A stretch of 64,000 nucleotides of DNA from Promethearchaeota archaeon Loki_b32 (GTDB lineage Archaea > Asgardarchaeota > Lokiarchaeia > Sigyniarchaeales > SOKP01): NCBI GenBank assembly GCA_005223125.1, contig NJBH01000014.1, forward strand, positions 1 to 64,000, given 5' to 3'. Below, piece after piece: positions 53,134 through 61,885 of the stretch; the first letter of the stretch is position 1, and the number at the start of each line of letters is the position of its first letter. A program made the position numbers and the translations under genes. Below the pieces are notes generated by a model. The model searched no databases. It worked only from the letters and a program-made list of their open reading frames with translations, and was not told where the DNA came from.

Positions 53134-54456
53134 ATGAGTTCAAAACAAAAAGACCATTTAAATTTGGTAATCATTGGGCATATAGATCATGGAAAATCAA
53201 CCATGATGGGAGCCTTACTCATCGAAACTGGGGCTGTATCTGATAGGGAAGCACGAGAATTAGAAAAACTCGCAAAAGAATACGACCGAGATTCTTGGTC
53301 TTATGCTTTTGTTTTTGATAGATTAAAAGAGGAGAGACAGCGAGGCATTACGATTGATTTAGCTTTCCGTAAGTTTGAAACCAAGTCAAAGTACTTCACA
53401 ATCATCGATGCACCAGGTCATGCAGACTTCGTAAAAAATATGATTACCGGTGCGTCTCAAGCTGATGCTGCCATCCTAGTTGTTTCTGGTAAGAAAGGAG
53501 AAATGGAGGTTGGAATCGCAGCTAATGGACAAACTCGTGAACATGCTTATTTAGCACAAACTTTAGGTGTAAAACAATTAGTTGTCGCTATCAATAAAGC
53601 TGATGTTTACAATTATTCTGAGGAACGATTTAATGAATGCAAGGATTCAGTTGGTGATCTTCTTAAAAGCATTGGTTTCAAGGATGTAAATTACATTCCA
53701 ACCTCAGGAATGGCCATGGATAATTTGTCAAAGAAGAGTGATAAATTATCTTGGTATGATGGTCCAACTTTAATTGATGCAATTGATCAATTTGTCCTTC
53801 CTGAAAAACCAACTGGTAAACCATTAAGGCTTCCTATTCAAGACTCCTATTCAATCAAAGGGACAGGTGTTGTCCCGGTTGGTAGAGTAGAGACCGGAAT
53901 TTTAAAGCAAGGAGATAAAATAGTTATTATGCCAACTGGTTTTGAAGGAGAGGTTCGAAGCATAGAAATGCATCATGAAGAGATTCCACAAGCAATTCCT
54001 GGAGACAACATAGGTTTTAGTATTAGGGGTATTACCCTTCAAGATGCGAGTCGTGGCGATTGTCTTGGCCATCCTAAGGACCCACCTACTGTAATTACAC
54101 CTAATGGAAAATGGACAGGACAAATCATTGTTATTTGGCATCCTACTGCACTTGCTCAAGGTTACACACCAGTAGTTCACGCTCACACAGCACAAGTAGC
54201 AGCAAAGTTTACTAGTCTATTAAAGAAGCTTGATCAAAAAACTGGAGCTGTTATTGAAGATTCTCCAAAGTTTCTCAAGAAAAATGAATCTGCTATTGTT
54301 GAACTACAGCCGATTAAAAAAATGTGCCTTGAAAAATATAACGACTTTCCAGAAATGGGTCGATTTGCTGTACGCGATATGGGAAGAACCGTCGCGGTTG
54401 GGATTGTAAAAGATATAGAAGTAGGTATCGTCAAAGATATTGACACAGACGCATAA
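53134..54456 (+). CDS. tuf: Translation elongation factor 1-alpha
   Basis: GHIDHGKST, RGITID, DAPGH, NKAD, GRFAVRDMG. Confidence 0.98.
   Translation: MSSKQKDHLNLVIIGHIDHGKSTMMGALLIETGAVSDREARELEKLAKEYDRDSWSYAFVFDRLKEERQRGITIDLAFRKFETKSKYFTIIDAPGHADFVKNMITGASQADAAILVVSGKKGEMEVGIAANGQTREHAYLAQTLGVKQLVVAINKADVYNYSEERFNECKDSVGDLLKSIGFKDVNYIPTSGMAMDNLSKKSDKLSWYDGPTLIDAIDQFVLPEKPTGKPLRLPIQDSYSIKGTGVVPVGRVETGILKQGDKIVIMPTGFEGEVRSIEMHHEEIPQAIPGDNIGFSIRGITLQDASRGDCLGHPKDPPTVITPNGKWTGQIIVIWHPTALAQGYTPVVHAHTAQVAAKFTSLLKKLDQKTGAVIEDSPKFLKKNESAIVELQPIKKMCLEKYNDFPEMGRFAVRDMGRTVAVGIVKDIEVGIVKDIDTDA
54397..54444 (+). repeat. In-frame 24-bp tandem duplication at the EF-1alpha C-terminus (VGIVKDIE/VGIVKDID)
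   Basis: gttgggattgtaaaagatatagaa / gtaggtatcgtcaaagatattgac. Confidence 0.85.
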
Positions 54457-54711
54457 AAAAACTTATATTTGAAATTTTTTATTCTATTATTATTTTTAAT
54501 TGACTATTTTTTTAATTCTATCAAAATTTTCCGTCAAATTAGGCTTTCTGCATATTTGATAGAATTTTAGTTCATAAATTTTAAATTAAAATTACATTTT
54601 TTTTACATTCTATTGAAATATTCCCATGATACACGAATATTATTTTCTTTTTTGTAGCTTTATTTGCCTTTTCTACATAAGAAGGTTGTATTTAGAAAAG
54701 GTTGATTTAAA

Positions 54712-55185
54712 GTTCATACAACAAAACAAAAAATTTGCCTATTGGGATTAAGTAGCGTTGGAAAATCATCACTAGTATCTTTACTTCAAGGACGAGAAAG
54801 ACCGAAAGAAAGAAATCCGACAGTAGGATTAGATATTGAGAATTCTGTACTCAATGGGAAAAAGGTGAATATTTGGGATTTTGGAGGCCAAGAACGTTAT
54901 CACTTTATGTGGCAAGATTTCTTAAGAGGTGCAGGCTTGACTGTTTTAGTATGTGATTCTACAGAAGATAATATTGAAAAAACTAAAGACATAATTAAGA
55001 AGTTTTCACGATATATGGATACTAAAATTATTGCTATAGCAAATAAACAAGATCTCCCAGGTGCGTTAAAAGCAAAGAAAGTTCAGAAAAAATTAGGTAT
55101 TCCAACATATGGAATGTCTGCCATCAGATTGGACTTACGAGATAGAATGCGTGAAATTTTGGAATATGAAATTGAAAAAGATTAG
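54712..55185 (+). CDS. Arf/Sar-like small GTPase (start uncertain, upstream of TTG 54742)
   Basis: KQKICLLGLSSVGKS, PTVG, WDFGGQE, ANKQD, SA; strand beta1 lies upstream of the ORF-track start; in-frame TGA at 54703. Confidence 0.85.
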   Translation, partial: VHTTKQKICLLGLSSVGKSSLVSLLQGRERPKERNPTVGLDIENSVLNGKKVNIWDFGGQERYHFMWQDFLRGAGLTVLVCDSTEDNIEKTKDIIKKFSRYMDTKIIAIANKQDLPGALKAKKVQKKLGIPTYGMSAIRLDLRDRMREILEYEIEKD

Positions 55186-55200
55186 ATAAACTTTAAACTC

Positions 55201-55761
55201 TCAAAAAATTTTTCCAATTAAGTGTGCCATTCTCACTGATTCTGGTAATTTGGAATCTATACATATTTTTTCTAAAAGAGACTCGACTTTTTTAACGCTA
55301 ATACCCTTGCAATGAAAAAATAATTTTGATATACCGCCTGCTGTATTTATATCTGTTTTATATAAATTTCCCGCATCAATAATATACCTTAATTTATTAT
55401 CATAAGTATTAGGAAATTTACTTTTTAGAGCATTTTTCACAGAATCAAAATTCACTTCTCGTTCTGTTATAGCGATAATAGGCTTTCCTGTTTCAGTATA
55501 AATATCAGTTAAATTAACAAGATTAAACCCACCAAAAGTGATTGTATGGGTTAAAACATATTGTACGTGTTTTTCATTGTCTCTAACTAGTTTTATTAAT
55601 TTTTCAGTCGCATCGTCACCATCTATCTTTATATCATCTCTTACAACTCTTACCATTCTTGTTCCTTGACAGACTACCCCAATTAATTGAGTTTTTTTAA
55701 CGTCTGTTTTTAACTTAAAAGTTGCATCGTCAAATCCAATTGTTATAGGATTATCTTTCAT
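55201..55761 (-). CDS. DUF99 family (endonuclease V-like) protein
   Basis: IGFDD, IDGDDAT, ITFGGFN, KLPESVRMAHLIG. Confidence 0.9.
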   Translation of the reverse strand: MKDNPITIGFDDATFKLKTDVKKTQLIGVVCQGTRMVRVVRDDIKIDGDDATEKLIKLVRDNEKHVQYVLTHTITFGGFNLVNLTDIYTETGKPIIAITEREVNFDSVKNALKSKFPNTYDNKLRYIIDAGNLYKTDINTAGGISKLFFHCKGISVKKVESLLEKICIDSKLPESVRMAHLIGKIF

Positions 55762-55765
55762 TTTT

Positions 55766-56218
55766 CTAATTTTCAGGAAGAAATTTTTTAATATACTTCA
55801 AAAGGTTAGTAAATGCGATTGTAACTTTTTCGATTTCTTCAGCTCTATTATATAGATCGCCCGAAAGATTGTCTACTAAGAAATTAATAATGTCAGATAG
55901 TGTCATTTTATTACTAAGCCACACATAAGCCAATATAGCTTCAACAGTATCAGCAAGATCATGAGCATTAGCTCTAGTTTTTGCAAATCTTTTCATATCT
56001 GCATTTTTTAGGGCGGACCCTAAAATTATTTTACTTACTTTTTTTCCTGTTCTTATAATTTTATCGTTTTGATTATTATTTGTCAAATAAATGGATTTTG
56101 CCACAGAGTAAGCTAGGTTTACTATTCCATCACCAATTTTTGCCAAACCTTTGTCAGTTCCGATAACCTTTTGCGATTTATTCAAATTTAAATTGTTAAT
56201 TAAAAACTTATAATCCAT
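55766..56218 (-). CDS. Stand-alone RNase III-like domain protein (archaeal family)
   Basis: DKGLAKIGDGIVNLAYS, ADTVEAILAYVWL. Confidence 0.8.
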   Translation of the reverse strand: MDYKFLINNLNLNKSQKVIGTDKGLAKIGDGIVNLAYSVAKSIYLTNNNQNDKIIRTGKKVSKIILGSALKNADMKRFAKTRANAHDLADTVEAILAYVWLSNKMTLSDIINFLVDNLSGDLYNRAEEIEKVTIAFTNLLKYIKKFLPEN

Positions 56219-56288
56219 TAAGATAAACCTTTTGCGATTTATTCAAATTTAAATCGTTAATTAAAAACTTGTAATCCATTAAGATAAA
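56162..56288. repeat. About 61-bp direct tandem duplication covering the start of the RNase III-like gene
   Basis: Copies 56162-56221 and 56222-56282 differ by two substitutions plus a 1-nt junction difference. Confidence 0.95.
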
Positions 56289-56290
56289 TT

Positions 56291-56779
56291 TCAGGTGAGT
56301 TTTTTGAACAATTTTTGGACTTCAATAACCTCTTTTCTTAAGGATTCAATTCCTTTATATAAAATATCTTTAATTTTGTAATCCTTTGAATTTTCAAGAC
56401 GTATAAAGACTGTTGGTGGTTCTATATTAGTTACCTTATAAGCAGCAACATTAACACCCTCTATTAATAGAAGATGTTTGACAAGAATATTAAGTAATCC
56501 ATGTGATTGTCCTTCAAGAAATATTTCATAATCATTTTCGCCTTGAATTTTCTTTATTTCTACATTGAGATATTTATAATCAGGAAATTTTGCTTCTTCT
56601 TCAATCTCAAATTCTTCTTCTTCCTCTTCCATTGTTTCTTCGAGAGATGCGGGTGCTGATACAGACTCCTCTTTTTCTTCGATCTTAGGATAAACACTTT
56701 CAATTTCTTCATCTTCTAATAAATCATCAATATCATCTTCTTCAGTATCTTTTGTTTTGACTGCTTTTTTTTTAGCCAT
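56291..56779 (-). CDS. rpoL: RNA polymerase subunit L (Rpo11) with long acidic N-terminal extension
   Basis: LEGQSHGLLNIL...GVNVAAYK; downstream of csl4. Confidence 0.85.
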   Translation of the reverse strand: MAKKKAVKTKDTEEDDIDDLLEDEEIESVYPKIEEKEESVSAPASLEETMEEEEEEFEIEEEAKFPDYKYLNVEIKKIQGENDYEIFLEGQSHGLLNILVKHLLLIEGVNVAAYKVTNIEPPTVFIRLENSKDYKIKDILYKGIESLRKEVIEVQKLFKKLT

Positions 56780-56873
56780 TCTTTAACTCCAAATGATTAG
56801 GATTTGATAATCTTAATTAAAAATATACAAAATCAAATAAATTTTTTTTGGTTTTATAAAAAAAACTATTTTC

Positions 56874-57092
56874 TTACAAGTAACGATTTGCTAAATCTTT
56901 TAATCTTTCAGTTGCTAAATACTGGAGATCTCTTGAGCCAAAAAGTGTAATTTTTATGCTTTTTCCTTCAACAGAAACATTTAGATTAAGATAATTTATT
57001 TTTTTCTGAACATCTTCAAGAAATCGAATTACATTATCCAAATTACCGCTATTATTATAGAAATGAATTACTTTTTTACCAGTTTTTCTCAC
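56874..57092 (-). CDS. Small hypothetical protein between csl4 and rpoL
   Basis: 72-aa ORF (GTG start), co-oriented within the cluster. Confidence 0.6.
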   Translation of the reverse strand: MRKTGKKVIHFYNNSGNLDNVIRFLEDVQKKINYLNLNVSVEGKSIKITLFGSRDLQYLATERLKDLANRYL

Positions 57093-57129
57093 TAATACAC
57101 ACTTAATTTTTGCACAATAAAAAGGGCAA

Positions 57130-57741
57130 TTAAAATCTTAAATTATCACTTACATTTTCAAAATCATTGGCTAATTTCCTTGTTTCTTGGTTTCCACATC
57201 TTTCACATCGGAGCTTATTATACCCTATTTTTATAAGGGGTTTTCCACAGATTACACAATCGGCGTAGATAACTCCAAGATTTTTTCCCGTTGTACTTAA
57301 TTTGTATTCATTGTAATTTTGTTCTACTACACGAGCACGTACGATATCTGTTATTTGAAAGGCATCACGGATTTTTTCAACATATCTGTCTGAAATCTGA
57401 GATACATGAATATTACCAAAATAATGTGAATTAAAATGAATTTTATTATTTATAGTATAAAAACTAATACCAACTGAATATTGACGTGAAAAAAGGATAA
57501 CCCCAATAACCATATCTCCAACTTTAACGATTTTTCTTTCCTTTTCTTGATGGGTACTTATCTCGATTTTTCTTTCTTGCTTATTAATTGAAATCATACC
57601 TGTTTTAGTAGCATAGATTTTTCCTTCTTTAGTAAAGGTAGATTGTTTATCAGGGAGAAATTCCTCTACAACACCGAGATATTCACCTGTAACTGTAATA
57701 TCCCCATCCTTTAGAGATTTTTTACTCAAATATATCAACAA
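57130..57741 (-). CDS. csl4: Exosome RNA-binding protein Csl4
   Basis: GEYLGVVEEF, S1 domain IHVSQI..DIVRARV, LGVIYADCVICG..CERCG.QETRKLA. Confidence 0.95.
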   Translation of the reverse strand: MLIYLSKKSLKDGDITVTGEYLGVVEEFLPDKQSTFTKEGKIYATKTGMISINKQERKIEISTHQEKERKIVKVGDMVIGVILFSRQYSVGISFYTINNKIHFNSHYFGNIHVSQISDRYVEKIRDAFQITDIVRARVVEQNYNEYKLSTTGKNLGVIYADCVICGKPLIKIGYNKLRCERCGNQETRKLANDFENVSDNLRF

Positions 57742-57844
57742 TAGTTTTTTAATTTCTCAAACTCTTTTCTAACTTAAGTAAATAGTATTAAATAAGATAA
57801 ATAAATTTGATGTATCAATTTTAAAAGAGTAAACATTTTTTCGG

Positions 57845-58489
57845 ATGAAATTTAACAAAAAAGAGTTAATTTCTATTATTCAGAACACTGAGACATTCAC
57901 TAGCCCTATAATCGAGTTAGAGCAGTACTCTGTAAATGCTTCCTGTGCTGTAGATATTATATATTATGCTGGTTTTGAATTCAATGACATTAATCAAGCA
58001 TTTGTTTATGATTTAGGTGCTGGAACAGGAAGGTTATCTATTGCAAGTGCCTTTTTCAATGCAAGTTATGTTCTTAGTGTAGACATCGATATAAACGCTT
58101 TAAAAATTTTAAAGAAAAATGTTCATTCTCTTGAATTAGACAATATAATATTTCCCTTATGCGCTGATATTGAGTTCTTTGAAATTTCACAAAGAGCCTT
58201 TTTAAAAAAGGTGAAAGTAACAACTATCATGAATCCTCCTTTTGGAGTGCAAACTAAATATGCAGATAGAATTTTTTTAAAAAAAGCATTTAAATTTTCT
58301 GATATTGTTTATTCTATTCATTTAGCAAATAAGAAAGTCTTTAATTTCATTTCAACCTATATTAACAAGCTAGGCTGGAAAATAGACAATGTACTTCCTT
58401 TCAATATGATTTTAGAAAAGACTTTTCCATTTCATACTCAAAAAACTAAAAAAATTGATGTACATATTTACAGATTTATCAAAAAATAA
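57845..58489 (+). CDS. METTL5-family rRNA adenine methyltransferase
   Basis: LEQY, DLGAGTGRL, MNPPFG, VYSIH, FPFHT. Confidence 0.9.
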   Translation: MKFNKKELISIIQNTETFTSPIIELEQYSVNASCAVDIIYYAGFEFNDINQAFVYDLGAGTGRLSIASAFFNASYVLSVDIDINALKILKKNVHSLELDNIIFPLCADIEFFEISQRAFLKKVKVTTIMNPPFGVQTKYADRIFLKKAFKFSDIVYSIHLANKKVFNFISTYINKLGWKIDNVLPFNMILEKTFPFHTQKTKKIDVHIYRFIKK

Positions 58490-58512
58490 AAAAAGGGATT
58501 AATTAGTTAAAA

Positions 58513-59817
58513 TTATATAAATTTTTTCCACGAATCTAAATTTTCTGGGTAAATCGCATTATCTCCTAATATTTCTTCTATTCTTAGCAATTGATTGAAC
58601 TTGCATGTTCGATCTGATCTACATGTAGCACCTGTCTTTAACTGTCCGGTACAGAGTCCAACCGCTAAGTCAGCTATAAATGTATCTTCAGTCTCTCCCG
58701 AACGATGTGAGACCATTATATTAAATCCGTTATCAAAAGACATTTTTGCTGCTTTTATAGCTTCAGTTAATGAACCTATTTGATTCGCCTTGAGTAATAG
58801 TGCATTTCCTGCTTTTTCTTTTATTGCTTTTTCAAGAATTTTAATATTTGTCACAGTTAAATCATCATCAACAATTTGAATACTTTTATCGACTTTAGCG
58901 GTTAAATTTGAGAAGTTTCTAAAATCCTTTTCATCGAAAGGATCCTCAATAGATTTAAATGGATATTCATGGATTAAATCCATATAAAACTCCAGTAATT
59001 GTTCTTCAGAAAGATTTTTACCATCAATATTGTAAGTTCCCTCTTCATAGAATTCGCTTGCTGCAGCATCCATTCCTAACACAAAATCTGTCCCTATAAG
59101 AAATCCTGCGGACTCAATTGCTTCTATTATTATCTCCACAGCTTCTGAAGTTAAAGATAAATTGGGTGCAAATCCTCCCTCGTCCCCAACATTAATCGCA
59201 GAAGGTCCATATTTCTTTCCTAATAATTTCTTTAAATTTTGATACACTTCAGAAGCATTTTGTATAGCTTGGGAAAAAGAATTAGCACCAACAGGTAGAA
59301 TCATAAATTCTTGTATTGATAAATTGTTACCTGCGTGTTCTCCTCCATTTATGATATTACAACAAGGAAGAGGGAGTAAATAATTGTCTCGAGTTTTATT
59401 ATATGCTAAGGTATGGATATGAGCAAAGAGAGGTATTTCCATTAATTGAGAAGCCAATTTTGCAGTAGCTAATGAGACAGATAAAATTGCATTAGCACCT
59501 AAATTACTCTTATTTTCAGTACCATCTATAGAAATCATTTCTTCATCGATCACTAATTGTTCCCTGACATCAAAACCAATTAATTTTTTACCTATTATTT
59601 CATTTACGTTAGATACGGCTTTTAATACATGTTTTCCCATGAATGCTTTTCCACCATCTCGTAGTTCAAGTGCTTCTAAAACTCCCGTGGATGCTCCTGA
59701 GGGAACAGCAGCTCTGGAATAATTTTTTCCTACGAATACATCAGACTCAACAGTAGGATTTCCTCGTGAATCTAAAATCCACCGTGATTTAATTTTAGTA
59801 ATTTTAAAATCAGTCAT
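58513..59817 (-). CDS. eno: Enolase
   Basis: [33 protein letters not shown]. Confidence 0.97.
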   Translation of the reverse strand: MTDFKITKIKSRWILDSRGNPTVESDVFVGKNYSRAAVPSGASTGVLEALELRDGGKAFMGKHVLKAVSNVNEIIGKKLIGFDVREQLVIDEEMISIDGTENKSNLGANAILSVSLATAKLASQLMEIPLFAHIHTLAYNKTRDNYLLPLPCCNIINGGEHAGNNLSIQEFMILPVGANSFSQAIQNASEVYQNLKKLLGKKYGPSAINVGDEGGFAPNLSLTSEAVEIIIEAIESAGFLIGTDFVLGMDAAASEFYEEGTYNIDGKNLSEEQLLEFYMDLIHEYPFKSIEDPFDEKDFRNFSNLTAKVDKSIQIVDDDLTVTNIKILEKAIKEKAGNALLLKANQIGSLTEAIKAAKMSFDNGFNIMVSHRSGETEDTFIADLAVGLCTGQLKTGATCRSDRTCKFNQLLRIEEILGDNAIYPENLDSWKKFI

Positions 59818-59921
59818 ATAAATCTCATTGTTTTTTTATGGATATGAATATTAATAAAGAATTAAGCAAATTTAATTCTTAATATATACTAATATAAAAA
59901 TTTAAATCATATTTAAATAGC

Positions 59922-60893
59922 ATGTCAATTGAGAACCGACCATGGGTTGAGAAATATCGCCCTAGATTACTGGATGAAGTAGTAAATCAGCTTGGTATTA
60001 TCAGACGCTTAAAACAATTTATAAAAGATAAGTCTATGCCTCACCTTATTTTTGCGGGGTCCGCAGGAACAGGAAAAACAACTTCTGCTTTAGCTATGGT
60101 CAGAGAATTATATAAACGAGAGATGGTTGTCAATAGGACATATTTAGAATTAAATGCCAGTGATGCTCGTGGTATAGATGTAATTAGAACCTATATAAAA
60201 GATTTTGCAAAAGCACGTCCTCCCGTAAATATTCCATTTAAAGTATTAATTTTAGATGAAGCTGATAACATGACTGCTCCTGCTCAACAAGCTTTAAGAA
60301 GAACTATGGAAAAGTACACAAAGAATTGTCGAATGGTTTTGATATGCAATTATTCAAATAAAATAATCCCACCAATTCAATCTAGGTGTGTAGTGTTTAG
60401 ATTTGCTTCTTTAAATGATAATGATTTAAAAAGTAGGGTAAGATTTGTTGCAAAACAAGAAAATATTACTTTAGCTCCTGGAGGTCTAAATGCTATAATA
60501 GAAGTTTCTCGGGGTGATTGCAGAAGAGCAATAAATTATCTGCAATCCTGTGGCACAATTTCTAAAAAAATTGATCAAGAGATTGTATTTCGTGTTGCAG
60601 GAGAAGTTCCTCCTGATAAAATAAAAGAAATTTTAAATACTGCAATAGAAGGACAATTACAACTATCTATCAAGTTACTTGATGATTTAATTAAAGAATA
60701 TGGGCTTTCAGGTCAAAATATAATAAAAAATTTGCATAGAGAAATTTATGATCTGAAAATTCAAGAAACTTTAAAAATAGAATTATCAAAATTACTAGCT
60801 GAATTTGAATTTCGTTTAAGTCAAGGGGGCACAGAAGAAATTCAGCTACAAGCATTATTGGCTAAAATTGTCTTGTTGCAAAACTCTGAATAA
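59922..60893 (+). CDS. rfcS: Replication factor C small subunit
   Basis: PWVEKYRP, GSAGTGKT, ELNASDARG, LDEAD, QSRC. Confidence 0.97.
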   Translation: MSIENRPWVEKYRPRLLDEVVNQLGIIRRLKQFIKDKSMPHLIFAGSAGTGKTTSALAMVRELYKREMVVNRTYLELNASDARGIDVIRTYIKDFAKARPPVNIPFKVLILDEADNMTAPAQQALRRTMEKYTKNCRMVLICNYSNKIIPPIQSRCVVFRFASLNDNDLKSRVRFVAKQENITLAPGGLNAIIEVSRGDCRRAINYLQSCGTISKKIDQEIVFRVAGEVPPDKIKEILNTAIEGQLQLSIKLLDDLIKEYGLSGQNIIKNLHREIYDLKIQETLKIELSKLLAEFEFRLSQGGTEEIQLQALLAKIVLLQNSE

Positions 60894-61712
60894 ATGACTT
60901 TTAAGACCAAACTTTAAATGTTTCCTTGAGAAAAAGTTATTCATTCTTTCCTTGGATTTTAAATCTTCCACAAATTCGATTTTCTCATTATACATAATAT
61001 CCCATAAAATTAAACCTTCAGGATCAGCTGATTGATAAGAAATTACTTTTGATGTATCAAATAACTCTATGAAATCCTCATAAAGCATCTTTCCTTGACC
61101 GAGATCTAAAATTTTTTTAACCATTCTTCTAATCTGTTGCCTTAAAAACGATTGACTTTTAAATTGAAAGATTAAATAATCATTGTGAATCGAAAATGTA
61201 ACAAAATTCATATCTCTTATAGTATTTATTACGTCCCTTTCTGATTTTGAGAAATTTAAAAAGTCATGACGGCCTTCTAATTGTCTACAAGCTGTTTTTA
61301 ACATTTCTATATTTATCCCTGAAGTTTTTTGAAGATGAGATATTGGTACTGATACAATATATACATAATGTCTCAAAACAGCATCAAATCTAGAAGAGAA
61401 CTCTAAAGGTACCCTTGCATATGCCCAAATACCAATTTCACTTGGTAAAACACTATTAATTTCCATTAATATTGGTTCTTTTTCTAAAATGCATGTGAAA
61501 CAAGCTCCCCGAGCAGATACAAATCGATCAGTTCTGCTGGCAAATTCAAATTCTGAATTTTTAAGCGTACGGATATATCCTCTATTTTCTAACGCACTTA
61601 AGAGTGATTGTTCTATTGTCAAGAAACTAGGTTGTCGTTGCGATCCATAAAATTTTTTTTTTCCTATATAATAAATTTTAAATAGAAACTTAGATTTTGC
61701 CATGGACATCAT
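60855..61712 (-). CDS. truA: tRNA pseudouridine(38-40) synthase TruA
   Basis: GSQRQP, ASRTDRFVSA, GRHDFLNFS, SFLRQQIRRMV. Confidence 0.93.
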   Translation of the reverse strand: MMSMAKSKFLFKIYYIGKKKFYGSQRQPSFLTIEQSLLSALENRGYIRTLKNSEFEFASRTDRFVSARGACFTCILEKEPILMEINSVLPSEIGIWAYARVPLEFSSRFDAVLRHYVYIVSVPISHLQKTSGINIEMLKTACRQLEGRHDFLNFSKSERDVINTIRDMNFVTFSIHNDYLIFQFKSQSFLRQQIRRMVKKILDLGQGKMLYEDFIELFDTSKVISYQSADPEGLILWDIMYNEKIEFVEDLKSKERMNNFFSRKHLKFGLKSHLFRVLQQDNFSQ

Positions 61713-61885
61713 ATCTTTAATTTTTTAATAAAAATTCCAAATCACACAAACTCTTTTCATATTATATTGAATTTTACAAAATGTTAGATTAAAGAAAAAG
61801 ATTTTAATCTTAAGCATTTTTTTTATATTCAAAATTTAATTATGGTTATTAAATTAGTTCATCATAAAATTTTAAAAGTTTAATC

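Noticed and set aside
58861-58880. Enolase VDDDL in place of the usual VGDDL
   Set aside because: Single substitution with other catalytic motifs intact; no conclusion possible without reads or homologs
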